From Phallusia mammillata (lineage: Eukaryota): DNA of 64,000 nt. Location of the stretch: the NCBI GenBank assembly GCA_965637545.1, contig OZ281500.1, positions 7,626,001 to 7,690,000 of the forward strand, given 5' to 3'. The position numbers and the translations under genes are program-made. Positions 60,401-64,000 of this stretch are shown piece by piece; positions within the stretch are counted from its first letter, which is position 1; the number at the start of each line of letters is the position of its first letter. Below the pieces are notes generated by a model. The model was not told the origin of the DNA. It did not search any database and was given only the letters and a program-made list of their open reading frames with translations.

Positions 60401-61349
60401 CGAAATTGTGTGAAGAACTTAGCGATGTGCTGCAAGCTGAAGCGGGACACGTAAGTTGCTTTCCATATCTTTTACGATGTTTTTTTCGTACTGTGGACAA
60501 ACCATATACATAACTTGAAGTTTAAAGGTGAATTACAAAATGGCTACGCAATATTTATGTGCCAATGGATACAAACTCCAGGCCACCAGGACCTTCTGTA
60601 GCTTGTCACTAAAACCACAGTCTTTCCGCCACCTATCGGAAATAACTTGGCGCAAACTATTACCGACATTGCCTATGCACCGACACTTATGGGCATTTTG
60701 TTTCGCAGGAATATCTTGACATCTTGAAAATCATCGAGGGAGCCGAAGATGGAAAAGTTCCACTGCGTGGCGTTGGACCGCAAAAGTCACCGGAAGAAAC
60801 GTTTGACATGGACAAATGCAAGTCGGTAGACGCCGAACCGTGTACATCGTGCGAAACAGTCAACTACACAGACGTGCATACTAATGTGGTAAGTTGTTAG
60901 GCACAGTTGCAGTATGGCGCTTTTGCTAACTGATTCCTACTTGTTGAATTTACGTTTGCTTGTATTCGAAAGGTGGACTCTCTAAAAAAGCAAGAGGCTT
61001 GCGAGGAGCAAAAGCGATCAAGTGCTGTTACGCAAGTTGCAATTTCACATGAGAACGTATCTCTGCGAAACCAGTTTACCGATGACGGTAAGATGTTTAC
61101 GTTTGTTAAACAAAGACATTTAGCATTTGCATTTGGACTGGTGAAAAACGTTAACTTGAACATCTTTTAAAATACATTTTTCCTCTAGGTTGTTTGTCAG
61201 AGGACAGCGGTCTTTGCACAAGCACGGACAGAAATCTGTTGTACGTTGACACGAGCAGCTTCCGATCATTGGATACTTGTTCTGCGACATCTTGTGATGC
61301 GCCGCCTCTCTACGATGAAGTCATCGCTTCGAGAAGCAAACAAATTTAA
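54444..61349 (+). CDS. VEGFR: VEGFR-family (class V, split-kinase) receptor tyrosine kinase with five Ig domains
   Basis: Signal peptide [19 protein letters not shown]; Ig domains; [24 protein letters not shown]; juxtamembrane [30 protein letters not shown]; [26 protein letters not shown]; kinase insert; [39 protein letters not shown]; tail PPLYDEV, TAA 61347-61349. Confidence 0.92.
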
Positions 61350-61598
61350 AGGCGCACCAAAAGAAGCACGATCAGAGCCGTGTAAAGAGGTGCCAATAGA
61401 CTGGGACGTCGTTAGAACTGCTCTTAGTTGCACATTTCACGCCTTCACATTCCTACAACAGAGCTTCAAGCTGCCAGTTAGGACTATTAGTGTAGAGTGC
61501 ACCTTGAGGCGTACCGACCAAAACATTTACAAGTCTTTTCACTGCCAAACATTCAACAGAAGTGATTAACATCTCGATTCAAATCTGTTTGTCTAGTG

Positions 61599-62076
61599 CA
61601 GGGTTGCACAACCTTTTTGCTAAGACGGCCGCATCGCAGATTCTTACTTCACCAACGGCCGCCAATTACCTGCTTGTTTTTGTTTTTAAATTTATTATGT
61701 GAAAATAGGACTTGTCCCACATAAACCATCTAATGGCGTCCAAAAAGCCCGGATAATTTAAAACTTGATCCACAGATTGAGCTAAACAGTCTGAGCTATT
61801 TATGGCGTCATAATCTATATTGTGACGCAAAAGGTGACTGTTTATTTGCATTGTTTTCACACAATAGGCGTATATAAAGTGTGATGCACAGGGTCACTAG
61901 GCTGGTAATATTCTTTACAGTCTTACAAAATCTATTTCATGCAGTTTGAAAGTCAAAATATTTAACAAAAGAGGTTTTTGCGTCACGGCCGCCAGTGCAT
62001 ATATTTTAATAAACATGTTCACGGCCGCACAAAATCGTCTACTCGGCCGCATGCGGCCGTACGTTGTGCACCCCTG
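61599..62076. mobile_element. hAT MITE downstream of or within the VEGFR 3' UTR
   Basis: TIRs cagggttgcacaacc / cgttgtgcacccctg; perfect TSD GTCTAGTG (61591-61598, 62077-62084); inverted copy of the 6988-7423 family. Confidence 0.88.
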
Positions 62077-62225
62077 GTCTAGTGTTTTATCCGACCCCTG
62101 CCAATTTTGTTACAAATGCGTTCGCTGTTGTACATATTGTCGAATAAAAAAACGAAATACCGCGACCACTGAATGTATGTGATTCCTTCCATGCACAAAG
62201 CAGATAGGAATAACTAAGTTATAGG

Positions 62226-62584
62226 CAGGGTTGCCATACCGTCATAATTTCTAAGATTTGTTCTTATTTCGAAGGGCAATGTCTTAGAAAAAAATATTGT
62301 CCATATTTTAAACAAATGTCCTTGATCTAAACTTGAATCCTTATTTTGTCTTACTTTCAATACTTACAAGTCAAATCCCTGCTGCAAGTAAAGTAAACCT
62401 AATCCTGGTGAGACGCACGAAGTATTTTTTTACTGCAAGGAGTTGCTGGAACGGAATGTTTATGACAAAAAAGGTGGCTCGTATAAATGTAAAGTTATGT
62501 CCATAAACGTTTGTTTCGTTTCGCATAAAAATTTAATTTTTCGGTTGTCCTTATTTTAGGGTCCATAGGTCGATGGCAACCCTG
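62226..62584. mobile_element. hAT MITE
   Basis: TIRs cagggttgccat / atggcaaccctg; flanks gttatagg / attatagg (7/8). Confidence 0.8.
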
Positions 62585-63204
62585 ATTATAGGCAAAGTCG
62601 TGGAACATCAAGAAAGGGGCACCTTAAAGATTTGTATGGGACACTGTTTGGTGCCGTAGAAGCATTTAAATGTAGCCCAAATACACTTTCTCTTAATTGA
62701 TACTGAGTCGTGTTCGGAGAATGTAAATATAGCAACTGTAAAAACATCCATTGTACAGTCACGAGCCACCATTATATTACGAGTGTAAGGGATCCGAAGG
62801 GCTTAATCTGGTCCTGCCGAAATGCAAACTAGGAGATGGAAGGAAATTGTAATGAAGGTAAAATACCGAAGCGAAATTCGGGGCGGATTTATGCATGCAG
62901 AAAAGTTGAGTCTGTACTGAAACGCAGCCGCACAACATTAAAACATCGACATACTTACCCCACGTCATTGACTGTGGAATCAAGGGGCTAAAGCAGGCGG
63001 AATACACATTACATACTATACCAGCACCTTCAGCTTGCATTTTGCATCTACTCTCTGCAAAGTCAATGCGCTAAAAACTGGCAGCAGAATAAAATAAGTA
63101 AAATGTAGGAGGCAGATTTTCTGGAATTTTGCTAAACAATGCCTGGGGTATAAAATATTGGTCTTTCTTCTGGCGACATAAGTGACGCTCACGTGTGTAA
63201 AGCG

Positions 63205-63450
63205 CTACTTATTTGCTGCGCGACTTAACAAATTGCTGATAGCCTGCTGCAGATCACCATTCACTCGACTTAGTTCAGTTTCTGCCTGTGACCGCTTGAA
63301 GCCCATATCCAAAAGTTGACGAACTTTATCGTTAAACACAGCTGGGGAGAAATTGTTCTGTGGTCCAGGCTGCTCATGCGGAGGTTCTCCCGATGAATGT
63401 ACTAAATTTAAGTTGCTCGTTTCAGGCTTCATCGCTTCTGCAGCAGACTC
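63205..63450 (-). CDS. Terminal exon of a protein ending in a UBA domain (DDI1/2-like is possible); upstream exons not resolved
   Basis: Acceptor tttacag at 63451, then ESAAEAMK..DKVRQLLDMGFKRSQAETELSRVNGDLQQAISNLL (MGF loop, LL end typical of UBA). Confidence 0.7.
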   Translation of the reverse strand, partial: ESAAEAMKPETSNLNLVHSSGEPPHEQPGPQNNFSPAVFNDKVRQLLDMGFKRSQAETELSRVNGDLQQAISNLLSRAANK

Positions 63451-64000
63451 CTGTAAAGTTTTTTCATGTTAGATTAGTGCTGTCAGAAAACGTTACAACA
63501 ATGAAAGCATCACGACAATTGCAGGAATCAACTGTATGCAAAAGATCATACAGTACTCTAACCTATGAAAAACATTACAATTTTCATTATTGTGGATTAT
63601 ACTGCAAGAAGTCTATGCAAACACCAAGTACACTTTGCAGGAGTTTGACAGATGTGCCATCAATTTGTGAGTTGGTATGGATGTGGCTTGAAGGGTGAAG
63701 TATCCCAATATTATAGTGATCCCAATATCACTATAGTTATTTCTATGCCCACCGAAAGCATATTTTTCAGTTGAGCACTCATTTGTTGTATTTCCGAGTT
63801 TAAAACTTAAAATAACTACCAAAAGTACAAAGTTTTATGTACAGAGTATCTATCCTACCAGCAGTGAAGATGGTCATAAACACCCTGTGTTCTTTTAAGG
63901 AATCAAGGTATAGAAAAAAATACATTTAAACTTGTGTATATAAGACAAAAATTATTAAAAACACAAAAACTATTTTAACAAACTGACCTAGATTCCTAAA

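Noticed and set aside
1-64000. CRISPR arrays, rRNA, true tRNA genes, intact transposase or retroelement ORFs, non-canonical splice sites
   Set aside because: None seen; every junction I reconstructed was GT-AG, and the only transposase trace is the 5841-6035 remnant.

Overview
AT-rich, intron-dense eukaryotic DNA with short GT-AG introns, most consistent with a compact invertebrate-chordate (ascidian/tunicate-like) genome; the taxon is inferred. I reconstructed gene models by hand from splice sites and reading frames. In order: ovochymase-like trypsin-CUB protease (-, truncated at the window start); SRRT/Ars2 (-); ClC-3/4/5-type Cl-/H+ antiporter (+); SPATA18/Mieap (-); LARGE-like glycosyltransferase with an intronless CDS (-) head-to-head with SMN (+); a possible orphan multi-exon transcript (+); two tandem paralogous LRR single-pass receptors with a doubled LRR module and a short Tyr-motif tail without TIR (+); a VEGFR-family RTK with only five Ig domains (+); and the last exon of a UBA-domain gene (-). 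Introns and intergenic DNA hold many non-autonomous hAT elements with 8-bp TSDs (three nested stacks), a foldback-like element and a tRNA-derived SINE-like element. Best leads: the LRR receptor pair with a near-identical intron read-through (possible secreted isoform), a candidate SRRT-to-ovochymase operon or overlap, twin RRY-stop C-termini in SPATA18, a candidate poison exon in SRRT, alternative CLC N-termini with a dileucine sorting exon, and a 76-bp LARGE/SMN bidirectional promoter. No database searches were run; identities come from recognised motifs.
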